Of a DNA stretch of 64,000 nt, positions 12,886-21,254 are shown piece by piece. The position numbers and the translations under genes were made by a program. Under the pieces are notes generated by a model, which ran no database searches, had not been told where the DNA came from, and worked only from the letters and a program-made list of their open reading frames with translations. The number at the start of each line of letters is the position of its first letter. The stretch's first letter is position 1. This DNA comes from Alphaproteobacteria bacterium. Lineage in GTDB: Bacteria > Pseudomonadota > Alphaproteobacteria > Bin95. The stretch covers positions 224,001 through 288,000 of the forward strand of contig CAXXWS020000003.1 in NCBI GenBank assembly GCA_963665325.3, written 5' to 3'.

Positions 12886-13698
12886 ATGTCGGGCCATTGG
12901 TCTCCGGAAGAGTTACCGTGGGGGGCGTTCGATCCAGAACGGGTCGAGCGGGACCTGATCCCGCTCGTCAAGGCGGCAAGCATGGTCGAGTCCAACGGCC
13001 ATGACTACGCCGCCTATCTGAACCGCGTGTTCGCGGACGATCCTCAGGTCTGCGAGATGATGACGGGCTGGGCGCATGAGGAAGTCCAGCACGGCGTGGT
13101 GCTGGGCCGCTGGGCGAAGCTGGCGGACCCCGGTTTCGATTACGACGCCGCGCTCGCGCGCTTCCGCGCCGGCTATTCCATCCAGATCGACGCCGACGCT
13201 TCCATCCGGGGCTCGCGCACGGGCGAGATGATCGCGCGCTGCATGGTCGAGGTCGGCACCTCCTCCTTCTATTCGGCGCTCGCCGACCGGACGGAGGAAC
13301 CGCTGCTCAAGGCGATCTGCAAGCGCATTGCGGCCGACGAGCTGCGCCACTACGCGCTCTTCTACCGGACGATGAAGCGCTATCTGGAGAATGAGCGCCT
13401 CAACAAGCTCGAGCGCATCCGCATCGCCTTCATGCGCGTCATGGAGACCGAGGACGACGAGCTCGCCTATGCCTGGTTCGCCGCCAATGAGGGCGGCGAC
13501 GCCTATGACCGCAGGCAGTCCAACCGCGCCTATATGCGCGAGAGCTACGCGCTTTACCGCCCGCACCATGCCCGGCGCGGCATGACGATGATCTTCAAGG
13601 CGGTCGGGCTGAAGCCGACCGGGCGGCTCTCGCGCCTCTTGAGCAGGCTTGCGATAACTCTGATAAGCTTCCGCGCCAGGCGGCTGGCCCGCGCCTGA
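12886..13698 (+). CDS. Ferritin-like di-iron domain protein
   Basis: Two ExxH motifs (EEVQH, DELRH). Confidence 0.75.
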   Translation: MSGHWSPEELPWGAFDPERVERDLIPLVKAASMVESNGHDYAAYLNRVFADDPQVCEMMTGWAHEEVQHGVVLGRWAKLADPGFDYDAALARFRAGYSIQIDADASIRGSRTGEMIARCMVEVGTSSFYSALADRTEEPLLKAICKRIAADELRHYALFYRTMKRYLENERLNKLERIRIAFMRVMETEDDELAYAWFAANEGGDAYDRRQSNRAYMRESYALYRPHHARRGMTMIFKAVGLKPTGRLSRLLSRLAITLISFRARRLARA

Positions 13699-13738
13699 CC
13701 GCCCTCCCGTTCCTCTTTCCGGAAGGACCGTCGCTGTC

Positions 13739-14695
13739 ATGTCCGATCTGCCGAAGTCCGTCTCGATCTCCGAGGAAGGCCCGCGCGAGGGCTTCCAGAT
13801 CGAGCCCGGCCCGATCCCGACCGGGCGCAAGATCGAACTGATCGACGCGCTCTCGGAGACCGGCCTCAAGCGCATCCAGGTCGCCTCCTTCGTCAGCCCG
13901 AGGCATGTACCCGGCTGGGCGGACGCGGACGATGTGGTCGAAGGCTTCCGGCGCGAGCCGGGTGTGGCCTATTCGGTGCTCTGGCTGAACGAGCGTGGCC
14001 TCGACCGGGCGCTCGGCAAGGAGGGCATCGAGATGCGCGGCGCGATCTCCACCTCCGCCTCCGAGACCTTCATGGGCAAGAACACCAATCGCGGCTATGA
14101 GCGCAACCGCGAGGTGCAGAAGAACCAGATCGACACCTATCTCGCCTATGGCATGCCGGTGCGCAAGGCGTCGGTCATGGCCGCTTTCGGATGCAATTTC
14201 GAGGGCGAGGTCCCGGTCGCCAAGGTGCTGGAGGCGGTGCGCGACCTGATGGAGATCGCGGCGGAGAAGGGCGTGGAGATCGGCACGCTTTCGCTCGCCG
14301 ACACGATGGGCTGGGCGCAGCCGGCCTCGATCAAGGCGGTCGTGGGCGCGGTGCGCGAAGAGTGGCCGGACCAGGAAATCGCGCTGCATCTGCACGACAC
14401 GCGCGGCATGGGCATCGCCAACGCCTATGCCGGACTGGAGATGGGGGTGACGAAGTTCGACAGCTCCGTCGCCGGGCTCGGCGGCTGCCCCTTCGCCGCG
14501 CACAAGGGCGCGGCCGGCAATGTCTGCACGGAGGATCTCGTGTTCCTCTGCGAGGAGATGGGCATCGATACGGGCGTGGACCTGGATGCGCTGATCGAGT
14601 GCGCGCGGCTTGCCGAGGACATTGTCGGCCACCCGCTGCCCGGCTCCGTCATGCACGGCGGCTCCCTCTCCCGCTTCCGCGACGCGCGCGCCTGA
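13739..14695 (+). CDS. hmgL: Hydroxymethylglutaryl-CoA lyase family
   Basis: EGPREGFQ, LADTMG, LHLHDTRG, GLGGCPFA, GNVCTED. Confidence 0.88.
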   Translation: MSDLPKSVSISEEGPREGFQIEPGPIPTGRKIELIDALSETGLKRIQVASFVSPRHVPGWADADDVVEGFRREPGVAYSVLWLNERGLDRALGKEGIEMRGAISTSASETFMGKNTNRGYERNREVQKNQIDTYLAYGMPVRKASVMAAFGCNFEGEVPVAKVLEAVRDLMEIAAEKGVEIGTLSLADTMGWAQPASIKAVVGAVREEWPDQEIALHLHDTRGMGIANAYAGLEMGVTKFDSSVAGLGGCPFAAHKGAAGNVCTEDLVFLCEEMGIDTGVDLDALIECARLAEDIVGHPLPGSVMHGGSLSRFRDARA

Positions 14696-14737
14696 GCCGC
14701 GGCCTCACCCTATTCCGACCCCGGAGGAACCATCCCC

Positions 14738-15319
14738 ATGACTGCGCCTATCGATGCCCACAAGGTCCTGATGACCGGCGAGAACTCCTTCATCCGCATG
14801 AGCCATGACGGCGGCGGCACCATGTCCGACCGCACCAGCCACTGGCGGGTGCTGTGGTGCCCGGCCGGGGCGGGGCATGCGCTGTTCATGCAGGGGGAGC
14901 TCACCGGCGGCGAGACCCGCATCTACAGCGACGACGTCTCCGTCGCCCGCTGGCTGCAGCGCACCATCGAAACGCTGCTGCATCCGCCCTTCGCCGACGA
15001 GTCCGTGCCGGTGCTGCCGGCGGTCTTTACCCGCGAAGGCGACCCGCGCGCGACCACGGTGGAGACGGTGGAGTCGGACGAGGACATCGTGCGCATGACC
15101 TGGTACGACGCGCTCGAGCCCTTCATCCTGAACGGCCCGCCCGGCACGGCCGGCCGGCCGATCGGCGTGCTCTCGACCTTCATTCCCCACGCCTCGGCCC
15201 AGCTTTCGCTCAACGGCCGCTTCGCCGCCGGCGCGCCCTGGCTCGAAAAGCGCGGCGACCACCAGTCGTCGAGCGCCGTGCTGGCCTGGTCGGAATCCTG
15301 GCTCCAGCCGCGCGACTGA
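14738..15319 (+). CDS. Hypothetical protein
   Basis: GGAGG RBS, host-like codon usage, co-oriented with hmgL. Confidence 0.7.
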   Translation: MTAPIDAHKVLMTGENSFIRMSHDGGGTMSDRTSHWRVLWCPAGAGHALFMQGELTGGETRIYSDDVSVARWLQRTIETLLHPPFADESVPVLPAVFTREGDPRATTVETVESDEDIVRMTWYDALEPFILNGPPGTAGRPIGVLSTFIPHASAQLSLNGRFAAGAPWLEKRGDHQSSSAVLAWSESWLQPRD

Positions 15320-15355
15320 CCGACCGAAGCCCGGGGCCGCTTTCGGGGCTCCCCG

Positions 15356-16573
15356 CTACCCGATCGCGGTCCGGGTTCCGGTCTCGAACTCGATGGCGGC
15401 CAGGTCGTCGCCGGCGATGGCGCGCTCGAAGGCGGCGAGGCGCTTGTAGATCGACATCAGCTCCACGATCGTCGTCCAGCTGTTGACCAGGAACTGGAAC
15501 GAGTTCTCCACCCGGCCGAAGGCGCGGACGATCTGCTGCATCACGCCGAGCGAGAACCCGGCCGAGATGATGGTCGGCCCGAGCACCACATAGGGCAGCA
15601 TCACGCCGGCCTGCAGATAGCCGTAGCGCACGACATTGAAATAGAGGTAGTTGAGGTAGAGGCGGAAATAGTTGCGCCGGACATCGGCGAACAGCTCGCC
15701 GAGGGTCGGCGGCTCGGCCCGGTCCTCCCGGTCCTCGCCCATGACGAGCTCCTTGCGGAAGGCGGCCTCGACGCGCTGGTTGCGGAACTCGAGCCCCGGC
15801 AGGCGGTAGCCGGCAAGCGCCAGGATGCCGGTGCCGAATACCGACCAGAAGAGCGCGACCCAGACCAGCGCCTGGCCGACTTCGCCGAAGACGGGGATCT
15901 CCTTGATATGGACCGACAGCACCCAGAGGATCGGCAGGAAGGCGATCAGAGTCATGACCGCGTCGATGAGGCGGGTGCCGAGCGATTCCATGATGCCGGC
16001 GAAGCGCATGGCGTCTTCCTGCACCCGCTGCGAGGCGCCCTCGATATGCCGTACCTGCGGCCAGAGCCGGACATAGCGGTCGTTGATCGCGGTGCGCCAG
16101 CGGAAGACGAAATGGCTGGTGAAGAAGTGGTTGAGCACGGCTGTGGTGATGAACACCATGGCGATGGTGAGGAAGGTGGCGAGCTGCGCGTAATAGTCCC
16201 CGGCCGTGACCGCGCCCGGCTCCGCCAGCGCCTTCTGGATGATGTCGTAGAAGGTCCTGAACCACTCGTTGATCATCACGTCGAGCTGCACCTGGAACCA
16301 GGTGACGAAGACGATCAGCGCCGAGCCCGCCACCGACCAGCGCGACCACGGGTGCGGCCGGAACGCCATCCAGAACACGGCGAAGGCGGCATAGGCGAGG
16401 AAGGAATAGACATAGACCCAGACGGCCCTCTCGTCCGCGCCGACCAGGCCCGAAAGCCCGGTCGGGTCGCCCCAGTCCCCGGCAACGAAATACCAGAAGA
16501 GCAGCGCGGCGAACGCCCACGCCACCGCCGAGATGCCGAACGCGCGCGGGCTCGGGAAGAAACAGCCGAACAT
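15356..16573 (-). CDS. sbmA: SbmA/BacA peptide transporter
   Basis: FRWRTA, RHIEGASQRVQED, NQRVEAAFRKELV, SWTTIVELMSIYKRL. Confidence 0.92.
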   Translation of the reverse strand: MFGCFFPSPRAFGISAVAWAFAALLFWYFVAGDWGDPTGLSGLVGADERAVWVYVYSFLAYAAFAVFWMAFRPHPWSRWSVAGSALIVFVTWFQVQLDVMINEWFRTFYDIIQKALAEPGAVTAGDYYAQLATFLTIAMVFITTAVLNHFFTSHFVFRWRTAINDRYVRLWPQVRHIEGASQRVQEDAMRFAGIMESLGTRLIDAVMTLIAFLPILWVLSVHIKEIPVFGEVGQALVWVALFWSVFGTGILALAGYRLPGLEFRNQRVEAAFRKELVMGEDREDRAEPPTLGELFADVRRNYFRLYLNYLYFNVVRYGYLQAGVMLPYVVLGPTIISAGFSLGVMQQIVRAFGRVENSFQFLVNSWTTIVELMSIYKRLAAFERAIAGDDLAAIEFETGTRTAIG

Positions 16574-16698
16574 GGGGAAACCCTTTCGCCGGAATAGCCG
16601 GCCCCGGCAGGCGCAGACGCGCCCCGGTCCGGCGGCTGGAACGATGCCCGGCGGCTATAGCAAATTCGGCGGGTGGGCGGACCATAGGGATGCGGAAA

Positions 16699-16735
16699 GT
16701 GTAGCTTGACGCTATACACCCGCCATGGATAGCAT
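16699..16735 (+). promoter_or_regulatory. Putative higBA promoter with an imperfect inverted repeat around -35; probably leaderless
   Basis: TTGACG (16706) -18 nt- TAGCAT (16730); ATG 5 nt later; GTGTAGC..GCTATACAC flanks the -35. Confidence 0.5.
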
Positions 16736-16740
16736 CGGGC

Positions 16741-17031
16741 ATGAAGATCGCGAACGTGGTCCACAGGGGGCTGCGCCGGCTCATCCAGAACGACGACACC
16801 GCCGGCGTGCAGCCTGCCGTCGCGCCGAAACTTCGGCGAATGGTATCCTTCCTCCAGGACATGGAACGGGAGGAAGAACTGCGGACGGTGCCGGGCTGGA
16901 AGGCGCACCGGCTAACAGGCGACCGCAGGGGCGTCTGGAGCCTGTCAGTCACCGGGAACTGGCGGCTTACATTCCGGATCGACCGGGAAGCGGGCGAAAT
17001 CGTCGATCTCGACTATGAGGACTACCATTGA
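16741..17031 (+). CDS. higB: HigB (RelE/ParE-like) toxin
   Basis: HRGLRRL..HRLTGDRRGVWSLSVTGNWRLTF..DLDYEDYH. Confidence 0.92.
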   Translation: MKIANVVHRGLRRLIQNDDTAGVQPAVAPKLRRMVSFLQDMEREEELRTVPGWKAHRLTGDRRGVWSLSVTGNWRLTFRIDREAGEIVDLDYEDYH

Positions 17032-17040
17032 GAGGCAGGT

Positions 17041-17343
17041 ATGGCTGAGGCACAAGGCATCCGCATGAAGAATCCCGCCCACCCCGGCGGGTTCGTGAAA
17101 AGCGAGGTCGTGGAGGCCCTAGGGCTCTCGGTGACGGGGGCGGCCAGGGCGCTCGGCGTGACGCGGGCCGCACTGTCCGCCGTACTGAACGAGCGCGCGC
17201 GCCTGTCGCCGGAGATGGCGCTGCGCATCGAAAAGGCGTTCGGCATATCGATGGACACGCTCATGCGGATGCAGAACAGCCACGATATCGCCCAGACCCG
17301 CATGCGGGCGGAAGAGATCGAGGTCGCTCTCTTCGAGATTTGA
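17041..17343 (+). CDS. higA: HigA antitoxin (XRE HTH)
   Basis: PAHPG..LGLSVTGAARALGVTR..SPEMALRIEKAFG. Confidence 0.92.
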   Translation: MAEAQGIRMKNPAHPGGFVKSEVVEALGLSVTGAARALGVTRAALSAVLNERARLSPEMALRIEKAFGISMDTLMRMQNSHDIAQTRMRAEEIEVALFEI

Positions 17344-17380
17344 GCCGCGGCGTCCGAACCGGCGCCGAACGGCGCGTCAA

Positions 17381-17500
17381 CTGGACCCCGCCATCGCCGC
17401 CAGGGCCCTCGTGCACGGGATGACTGTCGTTACGCGAAACTGCGCCGATTTCAAGACGGCAGGCGTCGAACTCCTCGATCCCTGGGCCCATAGACGGTAG
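17381..17500 (+). pseudogene. vapC: C-terminal fragment of a VapC/PIN toxin
   Basis: LDPAIAARALVHGMTVVTRNCADFKTAGVELLDPW*; no N-terminal half or proper start. Confidence 0.7.
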
Positions 17501-17605
17501 ATGGCAGCCGCCCGGTTCGGGCCATAGCTCCGGCCCGTGGGGCTGGCTTTGATAACAGCAGACTCCTCACACAAGCACACATTTTTATGTGATCGTGTAT
17601 CATAT

Positions 17606-18403
17606 TCAGTTACCTTCTCGCCGTTTGCGCAACAATTTTCTCGATGGCCTCAGAATCCTCCTTTCTGCCAATCGAAGGATTTTTCCATGAAGATTAACCG
17701 TTGCGGCCAAACCAGCATCGCTGTACTGTTTCCTGTGTGTACATTTCCCTGCGTACAAGATTTCAAATGTATCAGATATGTCGATCCACTTTCTATCGAA
17801 GAGCCTGTGATGAGTGGCACATAGAAGCATGCCGTTTCTTGGTGAGATACGGAGTAATTCATCTGACTCAGTCCAAGGAATAATATGTGCTGCCTCCAAG
17901 GCTTCTTCAAAACTAAGACTGCATACAGCGCATCGACAACCGTATGCACTCAATAGTGCTTTTCGAAAAACGATCTGTGCAATTCCACGAACTTTTACTT
18001 TCCTATAAATTTCATCGGCTCGTTTTGGATTCTCAACAAGCTCTATTGCCAGCGTCTCTATAGTATCGTGTCTACTCAAAGCACCGAAGGGATTCTCCAA
18101 ATTCTTCCAAGTGAAGCGATAAACTTTCTCATGCGCCTACCCGATCCTAGCTCTGTCATAAACATTAAATCCCTGACCAGGCTTTCTTGTCCACTTATTG
18201 ACTACTATCGAGGTTAGTGGAGGCAGATGGTTGTTCTTGCAATAGTACAAAATTGGACCAAGTCCTTTTCCAACATTTCGATTATTTGTATCAATCAGAG
18301 GAGCTAAATCCTCATAGTGCAAGGTCTGCCTCTTCTCGGATGCCTTGACGAGGGCGGGCCATAGCAACCTTGCCGCATATTCCCAGTTCTTTGCCACAGT
18401 CAT
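17606..18403 (-). pseudogene. Winged-helix-like + HNH endonuclease with one in-frame TAG (18137-18139)
   Basis: Track ORFs 18137-18460 and 17606-18100 share a frame (..RARIG*AHEKVYRFTWKNLENPF..); HNH motif CAVC..LEAAHIIPW..NGMLLCATHHRLFD; low GC; GGAG before ATG 18403. Confidence 0.8.
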
Positions 18404-18636
18404 ACTCCACAGGTCTTGAGCTATTTCGCGCTGAAGTCCCGGTACCATACAATGATACAACTCAATCTTGTCTGTAAACCCCAGGTGAATCTCGTTGGGA
18501 ATTCAGCCGTTGGCCATTCCCTAGCCCCTTCCACAGCTTCGAGTTGTCAGCTAAGCCGCCGACAGATCGCTCAAGACTTTGCCGACCTCTGCCCGGTGCC
18601 GTCTTGACGTACATTCAGGCGAAGGGAGGCGGTATC

Positions 18637-18843
18637 ATGGCTCGGGCGAACACAGCAGGAAGCGGGCGCATCGACCTGCGGCTCAGCGAAGCGGCGAAGC
18701 GGCGTATCGACAGGCGCGAAACCCTGGTGCTCGTCCGCGAGGACGCGAGGCGCTTCTTCAAGGCCCTCGCCGCTCCGCCGCCGCCAAACGACCGGCTCCG
18801 CGCCGCTCTCGAAGAACATGCCCGGCGCGTCGACTCCCGTTGA
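18637..18843 (+). pseudogene. DUF1778 (TacA/AtaR-like) antitoxin, apparently internally deleted
   Basis: RIDLRLSEAAKRRI joined directly to ETLVLVREDARRFFKALAAPPPPNDRLRAAL; the usual second RHH helix appears missing; GGAGG RBS. Confidence 0.7.
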
Positions 18844-18945
18844 CCGAAGCGCATGCGCCGACCGTCGAGCCGCCCGCGAAACGGCACGACCGGACGGCCT
18901 TTTCCTGCGGCCTGCCCCAACCGGACCGCTACCTTGCGCAGCAGC
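18840..18945 (+). pseudogene. N-terminal fragment of a GNAT toxin (TacT/AtaT-like)
   Basis: TTG overlaps the antitoxin stop; HDRTAFSCGLPQPDRYLAQQ, then similarity is lost. Confidence 0.7.
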
Positions 18946-19063
18946 CGGCCAGGGCCCGGAATCGGGTCCGGGGCGGCGGATGGGCATGAGCGCAGAAATC
19001 GATATTTATTCCTGACAAATCAATCTCATGGCAGGTGAATACGGAAATTTGTGCCCGAAGGGC

Positions 19064-19102
19064 TTGCAATCCGGTGTAGTGATAGTAGAATAAAACACGA
19101 AC
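19064..19102 (+). promoter_or_regulatory. Sigma70-like promoter with an overlapping alphaproteobacterial LexA-like box
   Basis: TTGCAA-16 nt-TAGAAT; GAAT-N7-GAAC at 19088-19102 (consensus GAAC-N7-GAAC). Confidence 0.5.
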
Positions 19103-19321
19103 ACACTGGGAAGTGGCATCCGTAGCCGCTTCCCGTCACGCCGGCGCCGGCGCAAAAAACCACCGACGGGACCGACGGGAGACGTGCGCCCTGCGACCGG
19201 CTCGCGCGCGGGTGCTCGCAGGCGCAATCAGGCGTGCGAACCGCGCCGGCGCGCCACGCGCGTCCGCCCGCCCGCGATACGCGCGGATCAGGGTCCCGCC
19301 GCGCCGGGGAACCGGGCGGCG

Positions 19322-19483
19322 CCGCTATCTGCAATGTTCGCCGCGTTCGGCGCGGCGGCGCCGCTATCTGCAATGTTCGCCGCGTTCGGCGCGGCGGCGG
19401 CGCCATCTGCAATGTTCGCTGCGTTCGGCGCGGCGGCGCCAACGCCGCCATTCGAAATGGTCGCCGCGCTCAGCGCGGCGGCG
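19322..19483. repeat. 39-bp tandem repeat, 3 copies plus 1 degenerate, with internal hairpin
   Basis: CCGCTATCTGCAATGTTCGCCGCGTTCGGCGCGGCGGCG and variants at 19322, 19361, 19400, ~19445; stem CGCCGCG-TTCGG-CGCGGCG. Confidence 0.9.
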
Positions 19484-19521
19484 GCGAGAACGGAACGAAG
19501 ACGGATCGAGAGGAGGGGCCG

Positions 19522-19671
19522 ATGCCGAAAACCGGAAGCCTGGAAAACCGGATGGAATGTCCGGCCCGAAACAGTGGCCGCATGCCCGAATCGGCTGCCG
19601 GATATGAGCCGTTCGCATGGCCGGCCATGACAAATCATGACATCGCACGACCCCCTCATGAGAAAACATGA
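19522..19671 (+). CDS. Possible 49-aa small ORF within element copy 1
   Basis: AGGAGG RBS; MPKTGSLENRMECP..; stop falls inside a CATGAC heptamer. Confidence 0.35.
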   Translation: MPKTGSLENRMECPARNSGRMPESAAGYEPFAWPAMTNHDIARPPHEKT

Positions 19672-19824
19672 CATTTCATGACATATCCGAAGGGTCTTCC
19701 CGGATACGGGCCGGACCGGGATGCGCGCATTCGCCGGCCGGCATGCCCCTGCGCAAATGCAAGCAGCCGGCGGGAGGGGGGCCCGCCGGCTGCGCTGCCA
19801 GTCAACGGTGGGAGGAAACCGTTG

Positions 19825-20007
19825 CTAGCAGGGTATGCCCGGCAGGAGGCAGGCATGCGCCGGCTCCGGGCTGCCGGTGAGCACGATCATCGCGACCGCC
19901 GCGATGGCCAGCGCCAGCCCTGCCGTGGCGAGGACCCGGCGTCCCTGCCCGTTTCCGCCGTTCCGGACGCATGGCCACTCGACGCCTGTCCATTTGCGAA
20001 TGCTCAT
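19825..20007 (-). CDS. 60-aa putative secreted peptide precursor (predicted mature CLLPGIPC)
   Basis: GGGAG RBS; RR then hydrophobic VLATAGLALAIAAVAMIVL, then PAHA cleavage-like motif, then CLLPGIPC*. Confidence 0.55.
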   Translation of the reverse strand: MSIRKWTGVEWPCVRNGGNGQGRRVLATAGLALAIAAVAMIVLTGSPEPAHACLLPGIPC

Positions 20008-20294
20008 TTGTCTGCTCCCCGGCTTCGCGCCGTCTTCATCGGAACCTCTCGTCCGGCGTGGCGCAGCGCCGAACCGGACAATTGGAATCTGGTGGCGGCA
20101 CCGAAAAAGCGCCAATACGGTTTTCCTTGGGCGGCTATAGGTTCCGGCCCGCCGGGGACCGTGACGTGGGGAGAAATGCGATGGACCGGGAGCAGGGTAA
20201 GGGCGGCGTCTTCCCGGCGCATAAGGCAGCCCGCGACGCGCCATTATCCAACCCGGACGACGCTGCCTGTTCGCCCCCTTTCGACGAGGCCCTG

Positions 20295-20921
20295 TCAGTT
20301 CCGGATACGCCAAAGCCCGCCCGCCGTCCGGCAGGCGACGACCGGCGGGGCGCCGTGCTGGAGGATGCGGCAGTCGCGGTAGGCGTAGCGCTGGCGGTGG
20401 CCGTGCCGGGGTCCGGCGCGGCCCGGATGCAGGCCGGCCGGGGCGTGGCGTCGCGGCGGCTTCCAGCCGTGGCGGGGCGGCCGGTCCGGGATATGGGCAT
20501 GGGGCGGTCCCCAGCCGTGGCGATGGACGAAGGCCGGGGCGTGGACATGGGGCCGCTTCCATCCGTGGCGATGCCCGTGCCGGTGTTTCGGGACATGGTG
20601 GACATAGGGCGGGGGATGCCGGTGGACCCGGTGTCCGCGCCAGTGCCCGTGCCGGCGCGGCGGCGGGCGGACATGCCCCGGCGGTTGGCGGCGGTGCGCG
20701 TCGATATGCTGCCCGTAGAGGGTGCCCAGCAGCGTGCCGGCGCCGATTGCGACCAGCCGCCCGTTCCCCTTGCCGATCGTCGAGCCGATCAGCCCGCCGG
20801 CAATACCGCCCCAGATCGCGCCGTCGTCTGCCCGGACGGGGCCTGCCGCGAGCGTCGAGGCGAGCGCCATGACAGCCGTCAACGCGATCCCGCCGGCGAA
20901 GCGCAGTTTCCGAATTCGCAT
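20295..20921 (-). CDS. Secreted glycine-zipper protein with a His/Pro/Arg-rich region
   Basis: Signal peptide ending VRA; GAIWGGIAGGLIGSTIGKGNGRLVAIGAGTLLG; C-terminal C..ACR..G.W; GGAGG upstream. Confidence 0.8.
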   Translation of the reverse strand: MRIRKLRFAGGIALTAVMALASTLAAGPVRADDGAIWGGIAGGLIGSTIGKGNGRLVAIGAGTLLGTLYGQHIDAHRRQPPGHVRPPPRRHGHWRGHRVHRHPPPYVHHVPKHRHGHRHGWKRPHVHAPAFVHRHGWGPPHAHIPDRPPRHGWKPPRRHAPAGLHPGRAGPRHGHRQRYAYRDCRILQHGAPPVVACRTAGGLWRIRN

Positions 20922-21254
20922 CCTTGCCGTCCTCCGCTTCCGTTGTCGGGCCCCGGCGAACGACGCTCCGGCAAGCCGGAATCCATGCGGCAGCCCGTCG
21001 TAGCCATGATCCGCGAAGCGCCGCCGCCGGGCAATCGACGGACGGTTTCCGCTTGGTGAGGAATTGTAACGATTTGTGTCGGGGCTCGATCTGGGGGAAA
21101 GCATGGCAGAATGCCTGCAGGGAGCGGCTGAGGCCGAAAAAAGCCTCGGCGGGAACGGACAGGGAAGGTGTGCCCGCGCGCCCTTCCCTCTGCGGGGGCG
21201 AGTGCTGTATGTCTCGATGCGTTGCCGCTGGCGAAACGAAAGGAACCGGGCCCC

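Larger units (their letters stand above)
19064..19683 (+). repeat. Dispersed element, copy 1 (promoter, conserved leader, small ORF, phased CATGACA array)
   Basis: Blocks shared with 54754-55275, e.g. identical 19-mer GACGGGAGACGTGCGCCCT and 17-mer GCGAACCGCGCCGGCGC. Confidence 0.8.

Noticed and set aside
19322-19483. Possible mini CRISPR array, given the nearby Csx19-like gene
   Set aside because: The linkers are near-identical rather than unique spacers, so it is a tandem repeat
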